Below, piece after piece: positions 1 through 11,855 of a stretch of 64,000 nt of DNA. Under the pieces are notes generated by a model. The model had not been told where the DNA came from and ran no database searches. It worked only from the letters and a program-made list of their open reading frames with translations. The DNA comes from Eledone cirrhosa (taxonomy: Eukaryota). Numbering within the stretch: the stretch's first letter is position 1; every line of letters starts with the position of its first letter. The stretch lies in NCBI GenBank assembly GCA_964016885.1, contig OZ024745.1, positions 128,774,001 to 128,838,000 on the forward strand. Direction: 5' to 3'. The position numbers and the translations under genes are program-made.

Positions 1-118
1 CTCTTACTATCCCCTACACATCTGCTACTAGAAAGACTTCTGCCATGCCTAATTTGAAATGGAAAATATAAAGAATAAAAAAAAAAAAAAATGAAATGGA
101 AATGAAAATAAACAATAT

Positions 119-139
119 TTATAAATATATATATATATG

Positions 140-183
<44 letters not shown>

Positions 184-244
184 CACACATATTTATATAT
201 ACATATATATACATACACAAAAACATTTATATATATATATATAT

Positions 245-280
<36 letters not shown>

Positions 281-290
281 CATCATCATC

Positions 291-321
<31 letters not shown>

Positions 322-349
322 TTATATATATATATATATACACACATAT

Positions 350-428
<79 letters not shown>

Positions 429-530
429 ATTATATATATATATATACACACATATTTATATATACATATATATATACATACACAAAAACATTTTTATATA
501 TATATATATATGCGCACACATACATACATA
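119..530. repeat. (TA)n/(CA)n compound microsatellite
   Basis: Dinucleotide tracts; the overlapping YI/HT ORFs are artefacts. Confidence 0.95.
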
Positions 531-734
531 GGATAGCATAAACAAACAATTTTATTTTTCAAAGAGTTCAACTACAGGCCAGCGTTTCCATTTGGTGTTT
601 GTATGTATGGTGTATAGTTCTTTCCAAAATGCCATACAGCATATTTACCACTTTTCTACGACTAAGACAACATTTTCTTTATAGTTACTTTATAGCAATC
701 ACAACAAAACAAAATTAGATTCTACGACCTTCTT

Positions 735-933
735 TATATATGCATGTATGGTATGAGTGTATATGTATGCGTGTGTGTGTGTATATGTATGTGTGTATAT
801 ATATATGTATGTATATGTGTATATATATGTGTGTATGTATATGTGTATATATATATATGTGTATATATACATATATATGTGTGTATATATGTGTATATGT
901 GTGTATATATACATATATATGTGTGTATATATA

Positions 934-964
<31 letters not shown>

Positions 965-1245
965 GTATATGTGTATATATATATATATATGTGCGTATGT
1001 ATATGTATGTATATATATATATATGTGCGTATGTATATGTATGTATATATATATATATGTGTGTATATATATGTATGTATATATATGTGTATGTATATAT
1101 ATGTATGTATATATATGTGTATGTATATATATGTATGTATATATATGTGTATGTATATATATGTATATATATATATATGTGTGTATATATATATGTATGT
1201 ATATGTGTATATATATGTGTATATATATATATGTACACACACACA
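735..1245. repeat. (TA)n/(TG)n compound microsatellite
   Basis: Degenerate TATG/TATA repeats. Confidence 0.95.
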
Positions 1246-2394
1246 TGCATAAATATAAATTTGTTTAATTTGCCTGAAGGCATAACTTGTCTCTATCTGT
1301 TTTGTTATGTCTCAATGTGCACTGGATTGATTGGTATCGACCTTAATGTACTGAAACTGTAGTGATTTTCGGATCTTGACTGAGGAGATAGGACTGTCGA
1401 TCTTTCTGTTGATTTTTTTCCGTTGTCTTTGTCCTGTGCACTCCCTATTTTGATTTATGTATATATATATATATGTTTGAAGAAATGGGAGAAAGGGTAC
1501 TCAATACATGTATTGGGGTTTCTTCATTTGCTTGAAGCCGATGATTCCTGCTATTGTTATTCATAGGTTCTTATATACACAACCATGGTTGCCTTGCACC
1601 TTGGATTATCTCCTTACTGACCACCATTGACGGAGAGTTTGCTATCCACAGGTGTAAGCTTTGCGAGATGGAATGGCTCCTCCAACACATCTCCCTCACC
1701 ATCCTCTAGGGGAAAATGCCTTCGCTAATCTGTCTGCCGGGACTGCGGGATGGCCAGCATGTAGGCTCTGATTTGCATATAACAGTGAAAGAGAGGGAAC
1801 GTAAATGCACACATGTACTTGATAAGATAAAAAAGTTGAGAAGAATGAAAATTTTATATTCATTGTTGTCATTAGTTTACTTATTCACATATTTATTTCA
1901 ACATTTTGTTGTTTGAACAACGACAGTTATCAAGAAACGCTGATTAGTGATGCCATGATTCATCAACTGGGCATGGGTATATTCTCAGTCTGTCTTCTTT
2001 TGCAATCTCATACGACTGTTTGCATCAATCCTGCGCCATCCTGTACATCTGTTGCTCAATAAAAACATTTAAAGCTACCCATTACCCACCTACATGTACA
2101 CATCATTCACTGACACACAAGTCAGTGGGTCTCTCTCTCTCACTGTGTATAGACACACACACACAAACATATATATATATACACACTAACCTAAACAAAA
2201 ACGCAAAAAAATGTCTATAACCCTTCCTTTCTTCCTTCTGTTCTTACCCCCTCCTCTAGGCCTCTGGGTCATGTAGCTGGTTTGTATGTCTGTAAGTTGA
2301 TCTCTGTGTGACTTTCAATACATTGCCACCACTATCCAATCGGGGTAACCACAGTTAGTTAGGTACTCAATACATTGGTACAGTGTACACATGC

Positions 2395-2572
2395 ACTGTA
2401 AGGTGGTCACGAGAAAGAGCACCCAGTCCACACTGTAAATGGGGTTAGAGTTGGGGGAGGGAGCATCATCCAGCTGTAGAAACCAAGCCCAAATCAGTTC
2501 TGTGTGAGGAAAACATGGTTGACTCACAATGGGACAGCTCATCTAACCCTGCTACTGTGGAAAATGGACGTT
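2395..2572 (+). mobile_element. RTE LINE 3' UTR fragment
   Basis: gcacccagtccacactgtaaat...catccagctgtagaaacc...ggaaaatggacgtt matches the 3' UTR of the RTE copies at 21313-22133. Confidence 0.7.
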
Positions 2573-2892
2573 CATCATCATCATTTTACGTCTGCTTTTC
2601 CCTGCTTGCAAGGGTGGGACGAGAACTGGTTCTGGCTTGATTTCTACAGGTGGGTGCCCTTCCTAACACCAACCTCATTTACAGTGAGTGTTGGGTGCTT
2701 TTTTGCCATGGCACCTCCACGACCACCTTGTAGTGGAATGATAGGGACCCCAGTCCCTATCATCTCATTTCTACAGCTGAGTAAACTGGAGCAATGTGAA
2801 ATAAAGTGTCTTGCTCAAGGAAACAACACATCACCTGAACTCACAACCTTTCGATTGCAGGGCCAATGCTCTAACCACTAAGCCATGTGCCC
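2573..2892 (-). mobile_element. tRNA-derived CORE-type SINE with RTE tail (family A)
   Basis: Minus strand: A box TGGCTTAGTGG, partial B box, MIR-CORE-like ccttgagcaagacactttatttcacattgctccagtttactcagctgtagaaatgag, RTE 3' end and (GAT)n tail. Confidence 0.88.
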
Positions 2893-2896
2893 CTAC

Positions 2897-2935
<39 letters not shown>

Positions 2936-3422
2936 GTGTATCAAGGATCATTTGGGAATTATATACCGGGCAGATGAATGAATGAATAAATAATTTGTTG
3001 CAATGTTAAGTATTGAGGTAGTTTTTTTTTTTTTCTGGTGGTTTCAAGTTCTAAGTTGTGGGCTGCACTGGTGGTAGTAGTGGTTGAAAGAGATGCCAAT
3101 ATGGCAGTGAGGTATTTGAATAAAGTGGGTGATTCAGAGAACCAGGAAGGGTACTTGTTTATTTGTTTCTAAACTGATTTTACTTTTAGTCTTGTGTGTG
3201 AAAATGTGTGTAAGATACTGTATTCTATCCTGGGTGTTTTTCTTTGCCCCCCCCCCCCCCCCCTTCTCTCTCTCTCTCTGTCTCTCTCTCTCTCTCTCTC
3301 ATTTTCTAACCCATTAACTCAAATTTGCAGTTAAATAAAACATGTGTGCACTAAAAGAAAATATTGCTGGGAAATTTATTTTATGTTTTGAGAGATTTCA
3401 AGTTTGAATTCATATATATATA

Positions 3423-3489
<67 letters not shown>

Positions 3490-3795
3490 CGCATAAAACT
3501 TAAACAAACAGGACCACCAGCACACACACACACACACATACCTCCATGCCTATAGCCCTGTATAATGTAAAGAAAAGGAAGAAATATATTTTAGAATCTT
3601 GGTAACTCACTTTATTATTTTAATAATAATGATAACAATAATAAGTAATTTCTTAATTTGGCATGAATAATAATAATAATAATAATAATGATAATAATAA
3701 TGAAAATAAAATTATTATTGTTATCATTATTAATATTATTCTTATGTTTATTTCTTTTGATGATGCTGAAGGCAAATTGTTTTTGGTGGAAGACA

Positions 3796-3843
<48 letters not shown>

Positions 3844-3934
3844 CTGTATACAGGCTTAATTGATTTGACCCTAGTACATAGTAGTACTGTTTGTTTTGTT
3901 TTTGTTGTTCCACCAGAAGACTGTAATGGCAATC

Positions 3935-4518
3935 ATAATGTTTTCTGATTTCGGCACAAGGTTAACAGTTTTGAAGGAGGGGCAAAGTTGATTAAATCCA
4001 CCCCAGTGCATTACTGGTACTTTATTTTATTGAACTCGCAAGGATGAAAAGCAAAGCTAACCTCGGCGGGATTTGAACTCACAACATAGAGGGCCGTATC
4101 TCTATGCTGCAAACAAAGCATGGCGTCCGATCCTCTACTGATACTGCCAATCCACCACCTTAATAATTGCTTCTACTTTTACCACAAGGCCAGCAATTAC
4201 CCCAGTGCATTACTGGTACTGACCTTCGTAAGGATGAAAGCCAAAGCAACTTTAGCAGGATTTGAACTCGGCAACAAAGCACGTCGCCCAATGCCATACA
4301 GATACTGCTAATTCACACCCTTCTATAATAATTGTTTCTACTTTTGGCACAAGGCCAGCAATTACCCCAGTACATTACTGGTACTTTATTTTATCGACTC
4401 CGTAAGGATGAAAGGCAAAGTTAACCTCAGCGGGATTCGAACTCAGAATGGCCAGCACCGTAACTCGATGCGTCAAAGCATAGCGTGTCCGACCCTCTAC
4501 CGATACTGCCAATCCACC
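3935..4518 (-). mobile_element. Three tandem tRNA-derived SINE copies (family B)
   Basis: Copies at about 3935-4160, 4161-4316 and 4326-4518. Head ggtggattggcagtatcggtagag, B box gagttcaaatcc, central tttgcctttcatccttacggggtcgataaaataaagtaccag, (ATT) tail. Confidence 0.85.
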
Positions 4519-4631
4519 AATGATTTCTTATATTGGTCACAAAGACACTACAGGACACTGTTACCAACCCAGCCAAAACTGGCTCTGGTTCTATGAAATA
4601 TAACCACCCATTTTAAAGGATTCTGATTTAA

Positions 4632-4838
4632 CCCTTTAGTTACAAACCCAGCCAAAACCACCCTTTTTAAAAGGGTTCCTATTTAAATTAAAATCTTTCC
4701 AACATAATTTTATATAAGAACCTTACATTAAGTTACTATCTTAGTAATGAAGTAATTAATAATTTTAGGAAATCCCTCAAAATTCTCTGTTAATTAATTG
4801 AATTAGTGTAGTTCATTAGAAATCTGGTCATGAAAGGG
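4632..4838. mobile_element. piggyBac-like MITE (family P2)
   Basis: TTAA|CCCTTT...AAAGGG|TTAA; related copies at about 11208-11480, 13317-13541 and 41430-41640. Confidence 0.7.
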
Positions 4839-5367
4839 TTAACTATGTGTTTGTATGTGTTGTGGAACTTAAACAATTCCATTCTATGTCCCTTTTGTCA
4901 TTGCTTGTAGATGGGATGATTTGGTTGGGTACAGTAGCATGTCCAGGTCAGTCCCTTCTTTTCTCATTTACATAACTGAAACATTTTCTATTTTTTTTTT
5001 CTTATCCCTTTTTCTACTGTTTCACATCCATTTTTGTTTGTTCGTTTGTTTGTTTGTGTTTTTTCTTTGGTGCTTGCATGGGCGGGATGATATGTCTGGT
5101 GAAACATTTATTTTTCCAGCTGGATACCATTCCAACTGTTAATCATTCAACCCTGAATTTAGGGGAGTAGCTCCTTTCATATCAGTCAAGCAAACTGGGA
5201 CATGTAGAGTTGTCTGCCTTGTTTAGGGGACACACTATGATTGGTTGTAATGTGGTGTGGCGCAAGTTGTAACCACCAGAAAGGGCAACCTTTACTGGTC
5301 ATTGTGTTTCCACACACACACACACATACATACATACACACACACACACACATACATACACACACAC

Positions 5368-5426
<59 letters not shown>

Positions 5427-5793
5427 CATACATACACACATACATACATACACACACATACACACACATACATACATACATACACACATACATACACACA
5501 TGCTGTTGACATATCAAAACACTTACACACTTACACACACACTATTAAAATAAACACACTATTGACATATACAAATATACACATACACACACTGACATAT
5601 ACAAACAGTTTAGTACGTTGAATGTTGTCTTTGAAAATGTAGATTATATTTAATATGTTATGTTTGACTTCCACTGCTGTGTTCAGGTCTTTGGATACAC
5701 TGGTGCCATATTGGGATTCTTGGCCATACCAAACATCTGTTCCTCTCACTCTGCCTCTACCTGATACTACCCCTTCCCCACCTGATACTACAT

Positions 5794-6072
5794 GGAGGCA
5801 CGTGGCCCAGTGGTAAGGGTGTTGGACTTAGGATCATGATGTTGTGGGTTTGATTCTTAGACTGGGTTGTGTGTTGTGTTCTTGAGCAAAACACTTCATT
5901 TCACGTTGTTCCAGTATACTCGGCTGAAAATGAGTACCAGTAATGGCTGGGGGTTTTAACACTGCGATGGACTGGTGTCATGTTCAGTGTGTGTATGTGG
6001 GGGTGTCTTGTATTCTCAGTTGCTTCGTGTCACAAAACCAAGATAACTGCTGGCCTAAGGCAGACTTTTACT
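5794..6072 (+). mobile_element. CORE-type SINE with alternative tail (family C)
   Basis: ggaggcacgtggcccagtggtaagg head, B-box-like ggtttgattc, CORE-like segment, tail ctgcgatggactgg...cagacttt. Confidence 0.8.
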
Positions 6073-6083
6073 TAATATATATA

Positions 6084-6130
6084 TTTTCTGATGATTTCCT
6101 TTGAATGAAACAGTTCTAGTCCTGTTGAAG
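6084..6130 (+). ncRNA. Weak hammerhead ribozyme-like motif
   Basis: CTGATGA 6088-6094, t-TTC-cttt-GAA-t stem II, GAAA 6107-6110, ACAG/CTGT stem III, GUU; stem I weak. Confidence 0.35.
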
Positions 6131-6610
6131 CCAGTTCTTATGGTTGGGTTTTGCCTACCGCAATTTTCAATTTGTCAAGCTTTTAAAAGTAATGTTATTA
6201 CTCTAAGGACCTACCTTTATTGAGTGGTTTGCTACTCATTCCTTATTGTAGGTCGGCTTTGCTTGGCCACAGCGAAAGCTTCGATTTTACTCAGCTTCCA
6301 GTTGTATATATACAACTGAGAATACAAGACACCCCCACATACACACACACTGAACATGACACCAGTCCATCACAGTGTTATATATATATATATATATATT
6401 ACATAACCCTGTGATATACTGGTGGCCTGTCCAGTGTCTTGTACTCGGTCACTTCACACCACAGAAACCTGTGATAAGCACCAGCCTGATTATCTTTCGG
6501 GCTCATGACAGATTTTAACTAATTTTACATAAAGGACCGTAACTCTGTCACAAGACATGTCCGACACTCTACCAATTACTGTTCATCCACCGCCCCTTGG
6601 TATCAGCACA

Positions 6611-6897
6611 ATAATAATTGTTTCTACTTTAGGCACAAGGCCAGCAATTTGAAGGGAAGGAGAAAGTCAATCAAACCCAGTGTATTACTGGTACTTTATT
6701 TTATCTCACCATAATAATTGTTTCTACTTTTGGCACAAGGCCAGCAATTACTCCAGTGTATTACTGGTACTTTATTTTATCGACCCTGTAAGGATAAAAG
6801 GCAAAGTGAACCTCGGCGGGATTTGAACTCACACCATAAAGGGGCGTAACTCTGCTGTAAAGCATGGCGTCTGACTCTCTACCGATACTGCCAATCC
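6611..6897 (-). mobile_element. SINE family B (partial plus near-full copy)
   Basis: Same motifs as the copies at 3935-4518. Confidence 0.85.
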
Positions 6898-7010
6898 TTC
6901 TAACAATAATAATAATAATAATACACACTTAAAAAAAAAAATGCTTAATCACCACAATTCCTTTCCATTTTCCTATCTGGTTAAAAATAAAATATTTAAG
7001 GCTCTATTTA

Positions 7011-7058
<48 letters not shown>

Positions 7059-7324
7059 TGCAATCTCTTTCTTCTTCACATTTTGAAAACAGAGAGAGAG
7101 GGAGAGAGACTATATGGTGTTTGTAAAGGAAATTCTTTCTCCTTTTCCAAGTCCACTGGGTACATGAGGGTGTATTTTTGGATGGGTTTTTGTTGTTGTT
7201 TCTTAGCCTAGATTGTGGACTGCAAATGTAATAAGACATTTTTAGACACATCTGAAAATAAAATCTAAATTTTCCTTCTTTTCATAATTCATATTAATTA
7301 CTGTTGTTTCAGCCGCCATCAGTA

Positions 7325-7812
7325 CACCACCACCACCACTACCACCATTATCAGCACACCACTACCACCTTCACCACCACCACCACCACTACCACCATTA
7401 TCAGCACACCACTACCACCTTCACCACCACCACCACCACCACCACCACCATTAACAGCACACCACTACCACCTTCACCACCATCACTTCCACTACCATCA
7501 TTACTATCACTACCACCTTCACCATCACTACCACCATCACCACTCCCACCATCACCACCACCACCATCACCACTCCCACCTTCACCACCATCACTACTAC
7601 CACCACCATCACCACTCCCACCTTCACTACTACCACTACCATTACTGCCACCATCACCACTACCACCTTCACTACTACCACCATCACCACTACCACCATC
7701 ACTACCACCACCACCATTACTGCTACCATCACCACTACCACCATCACTACCACCACCACCATTACTGCTACCATCACCACTACCACTATCATCACCATCA
7801 CTACTGTCACCA
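7325..7812. repeat. (CAC/CAT/TAC)n trinucleotide low-complexity tract
   Basis: Source of the His/Thr-rich ORF artefact. Confidence 0.9.
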
Positions 7813-7919
7813 TCCTACAATAACAACATACCACCCCTCACTACCAACATCTCAATACAACCATCTGTATAATGATGATGATGATCATCATCAGTAACAA
7901 CAGAAGTAGCAGCAGCAGC

Positions 7920-8340
7920 ATTCCTGGGCTGGGTTGTGTGTTGTATTCTTGTGCAAAACACTTTACTTCTCGTTGCTCCAGTATACTAGAGTACCACAAT
8001 AGCTGGGGGTTAACCCTGTGATGGACTGGAGTCCTATCCAGGAAGGAGTCTTGTACTCTCAGTCGCTTCATGTTTCAAAACTGGGATAAGTACCAGTCTG
8101 ACGAGCCTCCTGGTTTGAGACAGACTTTAACCTTGCGATGACTGGCATCCTATCCAGGAGAGAGTCTTGTACTCTCAGTCGCTTCGTGTTTCAAAACTGG
8201 GATCAGCACCAGTCTGACGAGCCTCCTTGCTTGAGACAGACTTTAACCTTGCGATGACTGGCATCCTATCCAGGATGGGGGGCTCGTACTCTCAGTCGCG
8301 TCACACCAGAAAACCGGGGTAAGTACTGGCCTGACGAGCT
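7920..8340 (+). mobile_element. 5'-truncated family C SINE with triplicated ~117 bp tail
   Basis: CORE-like segment, then tail units starting at about 8011, 8128 and 8244. Confidence 0.8.
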
Positions 8341-8698
8341 GACTGAGGATTATTATTGGAGATTTACTTTCACTATTGCCAGAAAAACCCTTCACAGTCA
8401 AAGTTTGACTGTTTTGATCAGAATTGACTTGAGACTAAACTTCACAACTATTACCACTACATTCTTCTGCCACACCAGCTTTATTAATTAACTAATTAAT
8501 TATTTCACTAATTAATTCCAGCCACTATGTTTAGCTGATGATGCAGAAGGAGTGTTGTTGTTCAATTTGTGTGGATATTGAATTTACTTCCAGAATTTGG
8601 AATATGGATGTATCTAAGGTGATTGTATGAGGATATGGGTTATGTCTGGACATTTATATATAGTTTGTGTGTGGACAGGCATTTATATATATATATAT

Positions 8699-8985
8699 CA
8701 TCATCATCATCATCATCATTTTACGTCCACTTTTTCCCTGCTTGCAAGGGTGGGACGGACATTGATTCTGGCTTGATTTCTACAGCTGGATGCCCTTCCT
8801 AACACCAACCTCATTTACAGTGAGTGCTGGGTGCTTTTTTTGCTGTGGCACCTCCACGACCACTTTGCAGTGGAATGATAGGGACCCCAGTCCCTATCAT
8901 CTCATTTCTACAACTGAGTAAACTGGAGCAATGTGAAATAAAGTGCCTTGCTCAAGGAAACAACACATCACATGGTCTGAGAATT
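8699..8985 (-). mobile_element. Family A SINE, 5'-truncated
   Basis: Near-identical to 36642-36982; (CAT)n tail lies in a TA tract. Confidence 0.88.
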
Positions 8986-9019
8986 ATATATATATTATAT
9001 ATATATATAATTATATAAT

Positions 9020-9067
<48 letters not shown>

Positions 9068-9112
9068 CTAAATATTAATAAATGAAGACATTCACATAAT
9101 CAAAATATATGA

Positions 9113-9172
9113 TTTATTATATATATTTCGGAGGTACTGTGCTGTTTTTTCAGTACGTCCTCATCAGATAAA
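9113..9172 (-). ncRNA. Type I hammerhead ribozyme
   Basis: Minus strand: tttat-CTGATGA-ggacgtactg...cagtacctcc-GAAA-tatatata^ataaa. Confidence 0.8.
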
Positions 9173-9282
9173 ATGCATGAATTGATGTATGACATACCTC
9201 AACTGTCTTGATGATTCAATTCCAGTAATGGCAGAATTGAACCATCAAGACAGTTGAGGTATGTCATACATCAATTCATGTA

Positions 9283-9344
9283 TTTTATCTGATGAGGACG
9301 TATTTAAAAAACAGCACAGTACCTTCAAAATATATATAATAAAA
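9283..9344 (+). ncRNA. Degenerate type I hammerhead (GAAA->AAAA)
   Basis: ttttat-CTGATGA...c-AAAA-tatatata-ataaaa; mirror copy of 9113-9172. Confidence 0.65.
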
Positions 9345-9487
9345 CATATATTTTGATTATGTGAACATCTTCATTTATTAATATTTCAAATAATATTAAT
9401 AACTCCAGAAAACTTCATTGTAGAGTGCTTTTAATCTATTGTAAAACTATATTCATTGAGTAATCAATGAACCTTATTAACCTTTGG

Positions 9488-9554
<67 letters not shown>

Positions 9555-9811
9555 TTGTGTGTGTGTGGATGGGCGTCTATATATATATATAAAGTGTGTA
9601 TACGTACATACATATATGTATACAGACGTACACTAGTATGTATATATATATATATATATACATACATACATGCACACACATATATATATGTACGTATGGA
9701 TTTACCGAATATTTATTATAATGCTCGGTTTGTTTGTAAACAAACATCCCGAATTACGCCGTACAGTGTTTAGCAACCATCGTTGCCCTTTTGTTCAACA
9801 CTGACAAAGGA

Positions 9812-9854
9812 ACGATGTACTAGTTTCAAGCTCATTAGCTATCGTCAGCATCGT
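9812..9854 (-). ncRNA. Minimal type I hammerhead ribozyme
   Basis: Minus strand: acgatg-CTGACGA-t-agct-aatg-agct-t-GAAA-ctagta^catcgt; 6 bp stem I and palindromic ACUAGU stem III. Confidence 0.8.
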
Positions 9855-9972
9855 ATACCTTCCTGCCAGATGATTGAACGTCTGAAAGTATATACTTTCC
9901 TTATGTATATTAACGGCTGAGTAGCCTAATTTGCATATCGAGTGAGTTAATCGGCCGGGCGCACCGAAAACG

Positions 9973-10165
9973 ATAAATGGAAAAAATGAAACAAAATTTT
10001 ATTTCTCACTCTTAGTACGGCTGCTACTTAAATATAAATATGTATACGTACATACATATATGTATACTGTACGTCTGTATACATATATGTATGTATGTAT
10101 AGACACTTATATTTAAGTAACAGCCGTACTAAGAGTGAGAAATGAAATTTCGTTTAATTTTTTCC

Positions 10166-10171
<6 letters not shown>
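9973..10171. repeat. Fold-back palindrome (~95 bp arms)
   Basis: 9973-10067 versus 10077-10171, e.g. tctcactcttagtacggctg / cagccgtactaagagtgaga. Confidence 0.9.
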
Positions 10172-10212
<41 letters not shown>

Positions 10213-10671
10213 GTGTGTGTGTGTATGTGTATTTATATATAGTTTGTGTGTGTTTGTGTGTGGACAGGCATTTATATATCTATATCTATAGGTATGTATG
10301 TATGAATGTGTGTGTTGCGAGGGTTATTTGTTTATTACATACATATGCATGTCTGTGTTACCATTTTTTATTGTGTGTGTGTGTGTGTGTGACTTTAAAG
10401 TAGCTTGGACAATCCCCTGTTTCCTTCCCCCTCCTCTTCACATTATTTAAGTGATCTCAATGGAATATCCCATGTCAGCTAAACAACTGTGGTATATTTA
10501 ATAGAGGATCTCTGCCAACCTATTTTTGGAAGTACCACTCAACTACTTGCCAACACCATTTTTCAAGAGCCTCTTTTGTGTCTCTGTAGGCCAAGAATTT
10601 GCAACAGAAAAAAATGAAGGGATGAACATAGGCAGTATGTGTGTTTGTTTGTGTTTCCTCATCATTATTTC

Positions 10672-10887
10672 ATCCCCATATACTGGTGTGGGTTGGATAA
10701 GTTTGTAATCCCCATATACTGGTGTGGGTTGGATAAGTTTGTAATCCCAATATACTGGTGTGGGTTGGATAAGTTTGTAATCCCAATATACTGGTGTGGG
10801 TTGGATAAGTTTGTAATCCCAATATACTGGTGTGGGTTGGATAAGTTTGTAATCCCAATATACTGGTGTGGGTTTGATAAGTTTGTA
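10672..10887. repeat. 36 bp minisatellite x6
   Basis: Unit atcccaatatactggtgtgggttggataagtttgta, no spacers. Confidence 0.95.
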
Positions 10888-10942
10888 ACACTGAAACCTC
10901 CAGTGATCCATCTGTTACTTTATCAGTTTCATTATTATCAAG

Positions 10943-11060
10943 TTTGGCAGTGGATTAGCAGTTTACTTTGCCTTTCATCCTTACGGAGTCGATAAAATAA
11001 AGTACCAGTAATACACTGGGATAATTGCTGGCCTTGTGCCAAAAGTAGAAACAATTATTA
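10943..11060 (+). mobile_element. SINE family B, internally deleted
   Basis: Central domain and 3' tail present. Confidence 0.75.
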
Positions 11061-11660
11061 CCAAGTCTGTCCCGATTGTATTCACATCTAGTCCCTTTTT
11101 AGCCTGTATTAACATCTTCTCAGTATGCCTTATCAGTATGTGCTGTAGAATAACTCCAGCTCTTGTTATATGATATATCAAAATATTTGATTGGAAGTTT
11201 GTTGGTGTTAAACCTTTCATGACTGTATTTCTAATGAAATTCTCTATAGTTTAATTAATTAATGAAGAATTTTGAGGGATTTACTAGAATTATTAATTAT
11301 TTCATTACTAAGGTAGTAAAACCCTTTAGTTACCAATCTGGCTAAAACCAGCTTTAGTTCTATGAAATAAAGCCATCCATTTTAAAGGTTTTCAATTTAA
11401 ATTAAAATCTTCCAACATAATTTTATATAAGAACATTACATTAACCCTTTCACGACCGTATTTTTAATCAATTATACTCTGTTTTAATCAATTAAGCGTA
11501 GGTTTAGCTGATTTCTTATGAGGTGGCTTTTTATGAGATTTCTTGAGGGTTTTAATAAGGACTCAGTTGTATCATGGTACTATATTTAGTGTGTTAAAAA
11601 GTAGGAATTGAATTTAGAATTAGGACATCTGAAACAATTGCTACATGTCGGATATTTTGA

Positions 11661-11855
11661 CCCTTTAGCATTTACATTACTCTTGTATTTTCATTGTAAA
11701 GACTTTACCTCACATAATTATCTCATCTAGGAGATTTTGATATTTGTTTTGCAAACAATACCTTAACGTCAGTATGAGTGACCGATTATGGCCAGTTTGA
11801 ACAGAAAGAGGTGAGAGAATTCTGGATGGAAACGGCTGGTTTAAATGCTGAAGTG
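11661..11855. mobile_element. piggyBac-like MITE (family P1)
   Basis: CCCTTTAGCATTTA...TAAATGCTGAAGTG|TTAA; homologous to 27520-27723. Confidence 0.75.

Larger units (their letters stand above)
9061..9395. repeat. Long fold-back palindrome (~160 bp arms) made of two divergent hammerhead modules
   Basis: 9061-9222 is the near reverse complement of 9234-9395. Confidence 0.92.

Noticed and set aside
1612-1775. GC-richer stretch resembling an exon
   Set aside because: Stops interrupt the frames I checked, with no recognisable domain or consistent splice pair.
7304-7897. His-rich ORF (also 29645-30403 and 18565-19212)
   Set aside because: Trinucleotide or minisatellite sequence open in several frames, with no domain or splice support.
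8093-8125. CTGACGAGCC..GAGAC in the family C SINE tail as a hammerhead
   Set aside because: No GAAA, stem III or matching stem I.
10672-10887. 36 bp repeats suggesting CRISPR
   Set aside because: Units are contiguous with no spacers, there are no cas genes, and the context is eukaryotic.
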